Below are positions 30,896 through 40,761 of a DNA stretch of 49,755 nucleotides, one piece after another. The DNA comes from Candidatus Heimdallarchaeota archaeon (GTDB lineage: Archaea > Asgardarchaeota > Heimdallarchaeia > Hodarchaeales > Hodarchaeaceae): NCBI GenBank assembly GCA_019057635.1, contig DXJL01000174.1, forward strand, positions 1 through 49,755. The letters are read 5' to 3'. Position 1 is the stretch's first letter. The number at the start of each line of letters is the position of its first letter. A model generated the notes under the pieces. It was given only the letters and a program-made list of their open reading frames with translations. It ran no database searches and was not told the origin of the DNA. A program made the translations under genes and the position numbers.

Positions 30896-32002
30896 TTAAG
30901 AGTAGTAGGTCAAATTTTCATTGAAAATATTTGCCTTCAGCAATGAATCATTTAATTCTTTCATTGTAATTCTAGTTCGATCGTATAATACGGCATAATG
31001 AATAGCGCTCTTAATGATTTTTTCTTTCAAGTCTCTTCCAGACCAATGAGCTGTCTGTTGCACAATCAAATCCCAAGATATTTCAATAAAAGGAATTGGA
31101 GATAAATTAGCGTATAAATCCAGTATTTCTCGTCTCTCAAAATGGTTAGGATCTTTGAATTCAATCAAATCTTCGAATCTACTTAAAATCGCCGAATCGA
31201 GAATTTTAGGTTGGTTTGTTGAACCTACAGTAATGATTCCCTGATTAGTATCAATACCATCCATTTCTCCTAACAAGGTACTTACTAACTCAACCACATC
31301 TCCCCTTATGCTTTGATAATTTCTCTTCAATGCGATTGAGTCAAGTTCATCAATAAATATAACAGCTGGAGCAGATCTTCTCGCTTCAGCATATAGGTTT
31401 TTAATTTTTCTCGCCCCATCACCCACATAAACACCTAGTAAATCGCTTGCTTTAATCAAGAATATTGAGCTTTTAATATTATGAGAAAGAGCTTTAGCCA
31501 TCATCGTTTTTCCATTTCCTGGAGGCCCCCAGAAGAGGATGTTCTTAGGTGCCCAATGAGATTTCATTAATTCTTTATTACTTAGAAACTTACTAATAAT
31601 CTGACATTTTTCTTTGGCATTCTGTTGACCCACAATTTCTGCGAAAGTTGTATGTTGCTGACTTACCTTATTAGCTGGATCAACTTTTTGTTCAGAATAC
31701 AAAAAAATTTGAGTATTCTTAGTAATTTGAGAGTTCTTTGGTTCGACAGTTATTGCGCGAAAAGCATAATCTGGAAATAAGAGAGAATCAAATAAAAAGT
31801 TCCCTTTTTCTACTACGAGCCCAATCCATTGGCTTCGTGCATAATGCTGAAAAAGGGAAGGATCATCAGTTGACAAGTAAGGGGAAGAATCATCTCCTGC
31901 TTTTAATGGATAACCTACAGGTGTTAATACCAATCTATTCATCTTTGATGCAGTTTTAGCAAAAGCTTCTTGTTTGGGTTTAATTTTTGACTGATGTTCC
32001 AC
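30896..32002 (-). CDS. AAA+ ATPase, archaeal COG1223 family
   Basis: PVGYPL..FQHYARSQW, WAPKNILFWGPPGNGKT, GRDLKEK. Confidence 0.88.
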   Translation of the reverse strand: MEHQSKIKPKQEAFAKTASKMNRLVLTPVGYPLKAGDDSSPYLSTDDPSLFQHYARSQWIGLVVEKGNFLFDSLLFPDYAFRAITVEPKNSQITKNTQIFLYSEQKVDPANKVSQQHTTFAEIVGQQNAKEKCQIISKFLSNKELMKSHWAPKNILFWGPPGNGKTMMAKALSHNIKSSIFLIKASDLLGVYVGDGARKIKNLYAEARRSAPAVIFIDELDSIALKRNYQSIRGDVVELVSTLLGEMDGIDTNQGIITVGSTNQPKILDSAILSRFEDLIEFKDPNHFERREILDLYANLSPIPFIEISWDLIVQQTAHWSGRDLKEKIIKSAIHYAVLYDRTRITMKELNDSLLKANIFNENLTYYS

Positions 32003-32240
32003 TCTTATGTTCCATCTCCATACATTAATCTAATATTTAAAGAATCTTAGACGTCTTTCAAATCTTTTTTTGCGATCTGAATGATTCTTTTCGATAATAG
32101 AACAACTTTTAATTTCTTCAGTATTGAGATGTTAATGCCCATTAGTAGTGTTTAACTGGAGATCAATACACTATCAGCATTCGTATGAGTATTCAGAATT
32201 GTCGAAGAAAGAAATTCTGCTTATTCGAATAAAACTATAA

Positions 32241-32343
32241 GGGTTCGTGGTCTAGCTTGGCTAGGATCCGTGCCTGGGGTGCACGAGTTCAGGGGTTCGA
32301 ACTTATGCTTGTGATGAGCATAACGAAATTCCCCTCGAACCCA
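32241..32343 (+). tRNA. tRNA-Pro(GGG) with 28-nt T-loop intron at 59/60 (32302-32329)
   Basis: GGGTTCG/CGAACCC acceptor, CGTGC-CTGGGGT-GCACG; exact BHB (TTCG/CGAA helix, AAC and ATT bulges). Confidence 0.93.
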
Positions 32344-32478
32344 TTCTAATTCTCTTCTTTTTCCTCCCTGATCTATGGGTGTTTTCTTTACTTAATTCAG
32401 ACATAATATGACGATATTACCCTATCCTATAATATTTTTGTCGGTTAATGGTACATAACAGAAAGGAAGGCTAATCCA

Positions 32479-33750
32479 ATGGAATCAATTTTAAAAGATG
32501 CTTTAAGCGGAACAGGATCGTTCAAAAATCTAGGAGAGGTAAAACGGGAGCGAACTACGCAATTTATACCATCACCTCCAAAAATTGATGATGAAATAGC
32601 AGATATTTTGACAGAAAGACTGCCCAAAGTCCAAGTTATAGGAGTTGGAGGTGCAGGAAATAATGCAATTTTTCGATTAATGAATACAGAAGTAGATGCT
32701 GAATGTGTAGCAGTCAACACTGATGCTCAACACTTATTGTCAACACGTGCACACAAGAAGCTACTTATTGGAAAAGATACTTCCAGAGGGTTTGGAGCAG
32801 GAAACAACCCGGAAATTGGGGAAGCCGCTGCTCGGGAATCCATAGAAGATATCAAAAGTACTCTGAGTGCCAATATGGTATTTATTACATGTGGACTAGG
32901 TGGAGGAACAGGTACAGGTGCAGCTCACGTGATCGCTAGGCAGGCCAAAGAAAAAGGAGCCTTAACTGTATCAATCTGTACTTTGCCCTTCCAAATGGAA
33001 GGTGTAAAGAGATATGAAAATGCACGTCAGGGATTAAAAAAATTGTATGATGCCTCTGACACTGTGATAGTCGTACCTAATGAAAAACTTCTCGAGCTCT
33101 CTGATGATATTACAATGATGGCAGCATTCAGAATAGCTGATGCTGTCTTATTAAGAGCCGTAATGGCCATTACAGAGCTTATTACGAAACCACAACTCAT
33201 TAACCTTGATTTTGCAGATGTAAAAAAGATACTAACTGAAGGTGGTATGGCAATGATTGGATTAGGGGAATCTGATCACCAGACTATGAAAGTTGATGAA
33301 GCTGTCTACGAAGCATTAAGAAATCCATTACTTGATGATTTGGATATTAGTCGAGCAAAAAAAGGACTCATTTGTGTGTCTGGTGGTGAAGGATTGGCCT
33401 TAAAGGATGCAGAAGAAGCAGTGATGAAAATTGCTACAGAAATAGATAATTCTGCTGAAATCATTTGGGGAGCAACAATCGATCCAGACCTTGGAAATAA
33501 AATCCGAGTAATTGTGGTATTAAGTGATGTGCACTCACCTTTAACCGAAAATGAGGGATTATATTATTCAAAGAGTGATTTAGAGTCATTACTTGCTGAT
33601 CTAGACTCACCTTTCTCGGTCATTTCGTCAAAAAATCGGGACTCAGGTGAGTTGAGAAACAATTTACCCTCCGCACGCTTCTCCTTGGAGGATGATCAAG
33701 ACACAAGTGAAGGTAAAACTCGCAAAAAGAAATTTTTAGGGCTGTTTTGA
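32479..33750 (+). CDS. ftsZ: Cell division GTPase FtsZ
   Basis: GVGGAGNN, VNTD, GGGTGTG, NLDFAD. Confidence 0.96.
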   Translation: MESILKDALSGTGSFKNLGEVKRERTTQFIPSPPKIDDEIADILTERLPKVQVIGVGGAGNNAIFRLMNTEVDAECVAVNTDAQHLLSTRAHKKLLIGKDTSRGFGAGNNPEIGEAAARESIEDIKSTLSANMVFITCGLGGGTGTGAAHVIARQAKEKGALTVSICTLPFQMEGVKRYENARQGLKKLYDASDTVIVVPNEKLLELSDDITMMAAFRIADAVLLRAVMAITELITKPQLINLDFADVKKILTEGGMAMIGLGESDHQTMKVDEAVYEALRNPLLDDLDISRAKKGLICVSGGEGLALKDAEEAVMKIATEIDNSAEIIWGATIDPDLGNKIRVIVVLSDVHSPLTENEGLYYSKSDLESLLADLDSPFSVISSKNRDSGELRNNLPSARFSLEDDQDTSEGKTRKKKFLGLF

Positions 33751-33828
33751 CTGATAGACAAATTTCGATTAAATCCCTAACTTCTTTTTATTCGGTTCAT
33801 AATATTATATTAACAATTATTAAGGGAT

Positions 33829-34485
33829 TTAGTTAATACTTAGCCCAATTTTTTCAGCGAAAACTTCCATTCCTTCTCCGGTCTTTGCACTAGTGGGAAC
33901 TACTTCCAGTTGAGGGTATAACTCTTTAGATCCTTGTATAATTTCATGAATATCGATATCCATTGCTAGAGCAAGATCAATTTTGTTAAGGACAGCTAAA
34001 TCGCTCATTCTGAAAGTAACAGGATGTTTTCGGAAGACATACGGGCCTTCTGTTACACTTGTAATTGTTATCTTCTTATCAGCGCCAACATCAGTTGATG
34101 ATGGGCAAATTAGATTTCCAACATTTTCAACAAAAATGAAGTCATATTTTTGAAGGTCAATTGTGTCCAGTGCTTTCTCAATCTGAAACGCCATGAGATG
34201 ACACCCTCGTCCTGTATTAATCTGAATACATTTACTTCCAAATCTGCTAATTCTTTGAGCATCAATATCAGTCGCCAGATCTCCATTAATCACGAGAAAC
34301 TTTTGATTTTTCGCGAATTCTCTTGAAAAATATTCCAGGACGGAAGTTTTTCCAGATCCAACGCTTCCCATTATATCAATCATCGGAATATCAAAGTTTT
34401 GTCTTTTTTGACGAATTCTTCCTGCAATTTGATCATTTTTCTCCTGAATCTTTTGATCTATCTTCACATTTGTTACTTGGGGCAC
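33829..34485 (-). CDS. hypB: Hydrogenase nickel-incorporation GTPase HypB
   Basis: GSGKT, NTGRGCHL, ENVGNLICP, NKID. Confidence 0.95.
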   Translation of the reverse strand: MPQVTNVKIDQKIQEKNDQIAGRIRQKRQNFDIPMIDIMGSVGSGKTSVLEYFSREFAKNQKFLVINGDLATDIDAQRISRFGSKCIQINTGRGCHLMAFQIEKALDTIDLQKYDFIFVENVGNLICPSSTDVGADKKITITSVTEGPYVFRKHPVTFRMSDLAVLNKIDLALAMDIDIHEIIQGSKELYPQLEVVPTSAKTGEGMEVFAEKIGLSIN

Positions 34486-34555
34486 CTGTGGTTCCTCGTG
34501 TGAATGAAGGAAAGAGTTTTTTTTATCTCTTCTGTGGATGATAAACTGAACCTAA

Positions 34556-34927
34556 ATGCACGAATTTTCTCTAGCTCAATCAGTACAAGAAACAGTAGTT
34601 ACTATTGCGAAAGAACGCGCAGCAAAAGAAATAAAGAAGGTTATTCTCAAGTTTGGTGCATTTGCTCTAATTGAGGAAGATCAATTCAGATTCTGCTTTG
34701 ATATCCTGAAAAAAGAATCAAAATTGCTTGAAAACGCAGAGTTGGAGATAATTTGGATTTCAGGGGAACTAAGATGCCAAGAATGTAATTTTGAAGGGAA
34801 GATTGAAGATATCCCGCAGAAACATACCGAACTTGCTCCCATATTTCAATGTCCGACATGTGAAAGTTTTGCAACAGATATAATATCAGGAACCGAAGCC
34901 AATATTGACTCTATTGTAATCAATTGA
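34556..34927 (+). CDS. hypA: Hydrogenase maturation metallochaperone HypA
   Basis: N-terminal MHE, CQEC and CPTC. Confidence 0.93.
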   Translation: MHEFSLAQSVQETVVTIAKERAAKEIKKVILKFGAFALIEEDQFRFCFDILKKESKLLENAELEIIWISGELRCQECNFEGKIEDIPQKHTELAPIFQCPTCESFATDIISGTEANIDSIVIN

Positions 34928-34982
34928 GATTGGCTCAAAGCTTACAACGATTTTCTCAAAAATCCCGCCCTCTAATATCATC

Positions 34983-35465
34983 CTACTTTACTATGCAATT
35001 AATACGACTATTACGGGAGTCTAATATACAATGAAAGATTGCTTTATTGTGGGGGTAAATAGTTATTTCGGTCTCTTTCCAATTTACGTTAATAATTTGA
35101 CCTACAAAAGCGTGATCCTTGAGTACAGGTTCACCTTGCATAACAACCATTGAATTATCTTCTTTGCTTACAAATAGGATATTATTTTTTCTTTGTGGAT
35201 CGCCCACTACCTCTGAGATTGGATGTATTTCTTCCCTGATTTCAAAACCTTTCGAGATCCATTTCATTCGAGTTCTGATTCCGAGATTTTTTGTTTGTTG
35301 GAATATTAAGATTCTAATTCCCGATATGATGAAGCCTATTTTCTCTGCACTATCTTCAGTTTTTAATTCTTTATAGCCAGTAACTTGGAAACCGGGTGAT
35401 TTTTCTTGGTTGGAAGGACTTAAAGAACAATGAATACTCTTGATAATTATTTTTTTTCCAGCCAC
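34983..35465 (-). CDS. Hypothetical protein
   Basis: 160-aa ORF filling the gap; no recognised motif. Confidence 0.5.
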   Translation of the reverse strand: MAGKKIIIKSIHCSLSPSNQEKSPGFQVTGYKELKTEDSAEKIGFIISGIRILIFQQTKNLGIRTRMKWISKGFEIREEIHPISEVVGDPQRKNNILFVSKEDNSMVVMQGEPVLKDHAFVGQIINVNWKETEITIYPHNKAIFHCILDSRNSRINCIVK

Positions 35466-35802
35466 ATTGTGAACCCCTAATGGAATTTTGAATTATTAGA
35501 AGTTATCATTAATATAATAACTAATTTTACACTCTAAACTGGCTTATCGAATTGAAATTTCAACCTGAAATTAGGAAAAATGTCATTATTTACCCTAGCT
35601 AGGGTTTTTTGACGATTTCCTCTGATATTTTATATCCTCAGTCAGTAAATAGTGTGATATGATATGTACTACTAACAACCTTTGACAAGATAATTAAATC
35701 TTTACTTATTAAATGCTAATATCAGCAAATATAAAATTTTATTTTCTTATTCCAAGGAGATTCGTTTTTGTACAGAGATTCAAAAAGAAAGAGGAATAGA
35801 TA

Positions 35803-36846
35803 TTGAATTCAATCCGGTTTATTAGTAATGCTCTAGCAAAGAAACATTCTAATGGAAAGTTTCACCCCGAATCGCCTCAAAGAATTGAAATAATGGAAAA
35901 ATGGGTTACTTCCCATTTGGATGACTCCATTTCCTTTGAAATCTCCCATGAAATGGCAAATAAAGATGAAATTTTATCTGTACATACTGAAGATCACTAT
36001 AATTTAATTGAAAAGACAAAAAATTACGAGGGACACTTCTATTTCGATGCAGACACGGCTGCTAATAGCTATTCCTATGAGGCGGCTATGCAAGCTGTCC
36101 AGATAGGAATACAAGCCGTTTCTGAAAGTACAATGGATACTTCAGTATTCTGTCTTGTCCGTCCTCCGGGTCATCATGCAACTCAGCATTCCCCACAAGG
36201 TTTCTGCATCTTCAATAATATCGCTGTAGGGAGCCAAATTGCACTCAATAAGAAAAAATATTCCCGTATTGCGATATTAGATTTTGATCATCATTTTGGA
36301 AATGGAACTGCTTATATTACCGAATCTAACCCCGATATCTTATACATAAGTACACATGCAGATCCGAGAATTTCCTACCCAGGATGTGGGTTCTCAGACG
36401 AAATTGGATTGGGAGAGGGACGAGGATTCAATGTACCACTGCCTCTTGGATACAGAGCCTCTGAAGCAGATCTAAAACTTTGCTTTGAATCGATTATCAA
36501 TCCCATAATATATCAATTCAAACCTGACTTTCTAGCTATAAGTGCAGGTTTTGATGCATATGAAAGAGACCCCATCGGAGTACTAGGTGTAACTGTGAAT
36601 GGATTCGGTTACATTGGAAAAATAATTAAAGAAATCACTGATAATCTTAAAATTCCTTATGCACATTTTTTGGAAGGAGGATACAATATTAATCTCTTAC
36701 CAGAATTATTATCAGCTTATGTTTCTCCATTTATTGGAAAAAGTGAAGTGATTATGAAAATTGATCCTTCTCTTCAAGTGAAAGAGGAGACCAAATCAAC
36801 AGTTCAAAGCTCTAAGAACGTGTTAAAAGATTACTGGTCTCTGTGA
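35803..36846 (+). CDS. Histone deacetylase-family (Zn-dependent) protein
   Basis: HPESPQRI, RPPGHHA, GFCIFNN, DFDHHFGNGT, SAGFDA, LEGGY. Confidence 0.93.
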   Translation: MNSIRFISNALAKKHSNGKFHPESPQRIEIMEKWVTSHLDDSISFEISHEMANKDEILSVHTEDHYNLIEKTKNYEGHFYFDADTAANSYSYEAAMQAVQIGIQAVSESTMDTSVFCLVRPPGHHATQHSPQGFCIFNNIAVGSQIALNKKKYSRIAILDFDHHFGNGTAYITESNPDILYISTHADPRISYPGCGFSDEIGLGEGRGFNVPLPLGYRASEADLKLCFESIINPIIYQFKPDFLAISAGFDAYERDPIGVLGVTVNGFGYIGKIIKEITDNLKIPYAHFLEGGYNINLLPELLSAYVSPFIGKSEVIMKIDPSLQVKEETKSTVQSSKNVLKDYWSL

Positions 36847-36940
36847 TAAAGTTTGTTCTTATTGTAAAATATCTGTAATAATAAAAACAAATCTATTTGT
36901 ATTTACCAAAGATTTAAAATTCCTAGTGCTTATTTTTCAT

Positions 36941-37036
36941 TGGAAGGATCCCATGATGTCTCTAGCCCTACCGATAAGGAAAACTGTGTAAAGTATCCCT
37001 AAGTGATGAAGATCTTGAGTATAGAGGATCCTTTCA
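36941..37036 (+). ncRNA. Box C/D guide RNA; D guide complementary to the tRNA-Leu(CAA) anticodon loop (predicted Cm34)
   Basis: 11-bp terminal stem; C ATGATGT 36953-59, D' CCGA 36971-74, C' GTGATGA 37003-09, variant D TAGA 37022-25; TTTAAAA TATA about 25 nt upstream. Confidence 0.75.
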
Positions 37037-37050
37037 TTTTGACCATTACT

Positions 37051-37515
37051 TCATGAATCCTTTTCAAAAAGTTCTTTTCTAATTTTAGAACTACTCAATT
37101 TTGTACCCTTATTTGTAGTCACAATTGCAGAGAGAATGAGAATTAATGGAGATTTTTTTAACATGTTTCTCTCGCGGTTGATGGCTAGTGCTCCCGAATA
37201 TGTTTCTTGTGAAACTAATAGTGCTAGTAAATCGGATTTGCTTGCAATTTGTCCATCTTGACCTAAAGAATCAATTTTGACAATGGAACATCTATTATTA
37301 CGGGATTTGAAATAGTTCACGAGTGCTGAATGACGTTTGCTGAATGGAAGTATGTGATCTCCAAGCACTTTAGGGTGATTATGTAAATATTTTTCACTAA
37401 TCAACCCAATTTGGATATATTCTGAATAATGTAACGCAAGATCCAAAATTAGTTTATGACCAGAATGGAGACGATCAAAAGTTCCACCTAAACCTAATTT
37501 TTCAAATTTGGACAT
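37051..37515 (-). CDS. coaD: Phosphopantetheine adenylyltransferase (archaeal/eukaryotic type)
   Basis: GGTFDRLHSGHK, VSQET, KLSSSKIR. Confidence 0.88.
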   Translation of the reverse strand: MSKFEKLGLGGTFDRLHSGHKLILDLALHYSEYIQIGLISEKYLHNHPKVLGDHILPFSKRHSALVNYFKSRNNRCSIVKIDSLGQDGQIASKSDLLALLVSQETYSGALAINRERNMLKKSPLILILSAIVTTNKGTKLSSSKIRKELFEKDS

Positions 37516-37570
37516 AGATAGTTCTCATCATACATATTTACTTAGGTAAGATTGAATGAAATATGATTAA

Positions 37571-37586
37571 GAAAAGCTTTTTTATC
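37571..37586 (+). promoter_or_regulatory. BRE/TATA-like promoter for the + strand RNA
   Basis: GAAAAGC-TTTTTTATC, similar to GAGAAGCTTTTATTATC (about 6057) upstream of the EF-1beta operon. Confidence 0.45.
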
Positions 37587-37604
37587 GTAGGACGGGAAGT
37601 CTTC

Positions 37605-37882
37605 AACGCAAGGAAGGAATATATTCTACTCTCGAGGACACGATGAGCCAAGATGATTCGGAGTGCAAATGAGTAGAGAAATCCTGAGCGGTTACTACCA
37701 TATGAATTAGGAGACGGGCTCTCGCATGAGGATGGGTGTGTCACCCAACAATGAGCGATAGGGTTAACCCTCCTAAGCGACAGGAGTAAGGGTCATAAAG
37801 CCCTTCATAAGAGAACTAGGCTGAATTTGGGATCCTCCCGTATATGTGGTCGCAGTGTTAGTGTTAAGGGCGACAGATCCAA
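37605..37882 (+). ncRNA. Unassigned structured RNA with K-turn motif(s)
   Basis: GC-elevated intergenic block with nested helices; G-U pairs favour the + strand; canonical K-turn CGC-AAG-GA-AGGA / TCCT-GA-GCG. Confidence 0.6.
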
Positions 37883-37961
37883 TAAAACTTATAAATATCA
37901 TGAGCATTTATTTTCAAAAATAAAAAAAATAGGGGAGTAGGAAAATTGTTAATCCTACCTA

Positions 37962-39254
37962 CTAATCTGAATACGTATAGATTTTGATATTTAGGGGAAT
38001 CTTTGTTATGTCGTGCTGTCGGGCACCAACAATGTTTTGTACCCCCCGACTTGAGGCAATGTCCAACAACCTTTGGGTGATGATCCCATCAAAAATCACA
38101 GTTTCAATATTTTCTGTGTTAAGGATTTTGTCTCGAAGATCACTGATGGGAATATTTTCCTCAATTATCTTAGAATTTTTGTCGAATAATGTTGCTTGTT
38201 GCTCTGGAAGATTTTCCACAACTTGAAGAAACTCGGGTGGTATTTTAGCTTGACTTGCTGGTTCTGATTTTCGTCTAATGACTATAGGAATTTCTTTTGT
38301 CACAAAATCATTGTCTTCAGATTCGTCTGCAGTACTTTCTGAAAAGTCATCATCCTCTGGGGTAATATTGAGCTCTTTCATAATCTGTTCAATAGGTATT
38401 TTTGTACGAAGCGCTTTCAGTATTTCCTTACTTGATAATTCTTCAACTTCGTGGTTTGCTGGTGCTCTAGCAACGTAATCAAGATCTGCAAGATGAATTA
38501 GTTCACGTAAAATGAGATCACCTCCATGATCCCCATCTAAAAATGCAGTTGTTACTTTTTTTCGTGTTAGATCAACAACCTCAGGCGGAACATCTGTTCC
38601 TTGCACAGAAATGACATTTCTAAATCCGTGTTTCAATAAATTAATTACGTCAGCACGTCCTTCCACAATGATGAGATTATCGCTATCCAAAACCCCAGGA
38701 CCTGCAGGTAATGCCGCTTTTCCAAATTTTTGGATAATACTTACTCTTGCTTCCTTCAGAACTTCATCTAAGACTGAAACTGAGTCAGGTGCAACCTCAT
38801 GATCCCATGTTTTCAAAATTCTAGAAGCCCGCTGAACGATTTGTCGTCGTTTGCTCTCACGTACGTCTTCAATCTTGAGTAGATTGATTTTTCCAACACA
38901 AGGACCAACTCTATCGACCGTTTCTAAAGCAGCAGCAAGTAAGGCTGTTTCGACACGATCCAATGAGGATGGAATAATAAGTGTCCCAGTTGTTTTTCTT
39001 TGTCTCTTTTGGTATTGCAGCTTTACAGCTATTCTACCTATTCTTGAAGTTTTTTGTAATTCACGTAAATCAAGCCCTTCGCCAATTAAACCTTCGGTTT
39101 GGCCAAATAACGCGCCAATAATGTCAGAGCGTTCAGCTACTCCGTTTATTGAGAATTTTTCGTGAATTAAGTATTTAACAGTGCTAGTATCGATATCTTC
39201 TTCATTAGCCATTGAAGTTTCATCTCCAAATTTATGCGATGAAACAACACTCAC
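37962..39254 (-). CDS. dnaG: Archaeal DnaG (exosome-associated primase-like protein)
   Basis: GALFGQTEGL..DLRELQK, TOPRIM VEGRADV and FLDGDHGG. Confidence 0.95.
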   Translation of the reverse strand: MSVVSSHKFGDETSMANEEDIDTSTVKYLIHEKFSINGVAERSDIIGALFGQTEGLIGEGLDLRELQKTSRIGRIAVKLQYQKRQRKTTGTLIIPSSLDRVETALLAAALETVDRVGPCVGKINLLKIEDVRESKRRQIVQRASRILKTWDHEVAPDSVSVLDEVLKEARVSIIQKFGKAALPAGPGVLDSDNLIIVEGRADVINLLKHGFRNVISVQGTDVPPEVVDLTRKKVTTAFLDGDHGGDLILRELIHLADLDYVARAPANHEVEELSSKEILKALRTKIPIEQIMKELNITPEDDDFSESTADESEDNDFVTKEIPIVIRRKSEPASQAKIPPEFLQVVENLPEQQATLFDKNSKIIEENIPISDLRDKILNTENIETVIFDGIITQRLLDIASSRGVQNIVGARQHDITKIPLNIKIYTYSD

Positions 39255-39613
39255 TCCTATTACGACTGCTCGACCAAATATTTGATTGAATACTTCTCAG
39301 ATATGTGATTGAGTAATGATGAATGAATTGATGTAATAATCATGAAATGCGGTTTCACGCGCGTTTTAATGATGTTCTAGAGAACATCCGTTTATTTTTC
39401 CCCAATTTGTCCTTTTCTATTAATCTTTAGGGAATAGTTGTTTTTTGAACTGTTCGCGAAATATTTACAATTTCGAGATTTGTCCTTTGTAATGATCATT
39501 ATTTCGTAAACTAAATCAAAGGACTTAATTTAATTCTTAATGCTTACGATGTATTCCTAGACCAACCAATTTTTTTAATTTATGGGTACAAATTAGAGCA
39601 ATGTCTGGAAATT

Positions 39614-39832
39614 CTAAAGCAAAAATTTTACTTTATGTATAGCAAGAGTGATGTCCTCGCCCTCGACTGTTTTCTTACCCGCGTGAGAGGCAATCTCTGT
39701 GCCGAGGCTTGCTATTTTTTCTCCATAATCTTCTAATTCTCTTTGTAGTACATGAATCGCCGATTTAGAAACACGATTGGCCCCACTTTTTCTAATTATC
39801 CTATCTATAGCTGAATTAGGAATTTCTACCAT
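39614..39832 (-). CDS. Archaeal histone (HMf-type fold)
   Basis: EIPNSAIDRIIRKSGANRVS...HAGKKTVEGEDI; ATG 39832 fits HMf length. Confidence 0.9.
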   Translation of the reverse strand: MVEIPNSAIDRIIRKSGANRVSKSAIHVLQRELEDYGEKIASLGTEIASHAGKKTVEGEDITLAIHKVKFLL

Positions 39833-40061
39833 ATAAGACACCTTAAAACAAACCTGTATCACCAGATAAAGGTGTATACCATATTTTTGAAGCAGTACAG
39901 ATTAATTAAAAAGGTATTTTTCCTCTATTCAGTATTTGTTTTGAAGTATATTTAAAATTCGTCTCTAAATACTGCTCATTTAAGTATCTGACAACGTTCT
40001 CTATTATCTACTCTAAACTGAAGAAAGTAAAACGTCATTAAATTATCTGTGTTGAATACAA

Positions 40062-40580
40062 ATGGGAAAAAGACCCGCTCACTGCTATACTCGTATTGAC
40101 CGACCACCTTTTACGCGTAAAAAGTTCATAAAAGGTGGACCCGACTCCAAAATTCGTACCTTTGATCTTGGTGCTCCTGGCACGGATTTTCCTATAGAGA
40201 TATCCTTATTCGCAAAAGAGCGATGCCAAATCTCACACAATGCACTAGAAGCAGCTAGAATACATGTTAACCGGTACTTGACAAGAAATCTCGGCCGTGA
40301 GAATTATCATTATCGTGTATGTGTCTATCCTCATCACCGCATCCGAGAAAATAAGATGATGACAGGAGCTGGAGCAGATCGTATCCAAAACGGAATGCGG
40401 AAAGCCTTCGGCAAAGTTATTAGTGTTGCAGCACGAGTTTATGAAGAAGATAGATTATTATTTATACGCACTAATCTTGAAAATATGGAAGTCGCTAAAG
40501 ATGCTCTTCGTCGTGGTAAAGCGAAATTTCCAACTCCTTGTCGTATAAGAATTACTAAGGGCGAAGATTTAGTAGCTTAA
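40062..40580 (+). CDS. rpl10e: 50S ribosomal protein L10e (uL16)
   Basis: RPAHCY, ALEAARI, RENKMMTGAGADRIQNGMRKAFGK. Confidence 0.97.
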   Translation: MGKRPAHCYTRIDRPPFTRKKFIKGGPDSKIRTFDLGAPGTDFPIEISLFAKERCQISHNALEAARIHVNRYLTRNLGRENYHYRVCVYPHHRIRENKMMTGAGADRIQNGMRKAFGKVISVAARVYEEDRLLFIRTNLENMEVAKDALRRGKAKFPTPCRIRITKGEDLVA

Positions 40581-40761
40581 CCAACAATTTTGACTACTTT
40601 TTTAAAATTTATCAAAAAGCATATCTGTATCACGTCAAATAAGCTATAAAAAAAATATATCCGAAATGAGAATGTCTTCTTATTACTAATATTTGAGATA
40701 TCCTTCAATTTAACAAAGTGATCGCAAATCTACTAGCTTCACTCGCAGCTAGTTAAACTAT

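Noticed and set aside
37538-37744. 68-aa minus-strand ORF upstream of coaD
   Set aside because: No motif; it overlaps the structured RNA candidate, which explains the composition better
37591-37841. Structured block as RNase P, SRP or 5S RNA
   Set aside because: No GAGGAAnnUCC/P4 pairing, no SRP helix-8 CAGG..GNRA..AGCAG, and no 5S CCGAAC motif on either strand
37854-37870. TAACAC x2 in a hairpin loop on the minus strand, resembling a telomerase template
   Set aside because: Only 12 nt, on the strand disfavoured by G-U pairing, and there is no reverse transcriptase in the window
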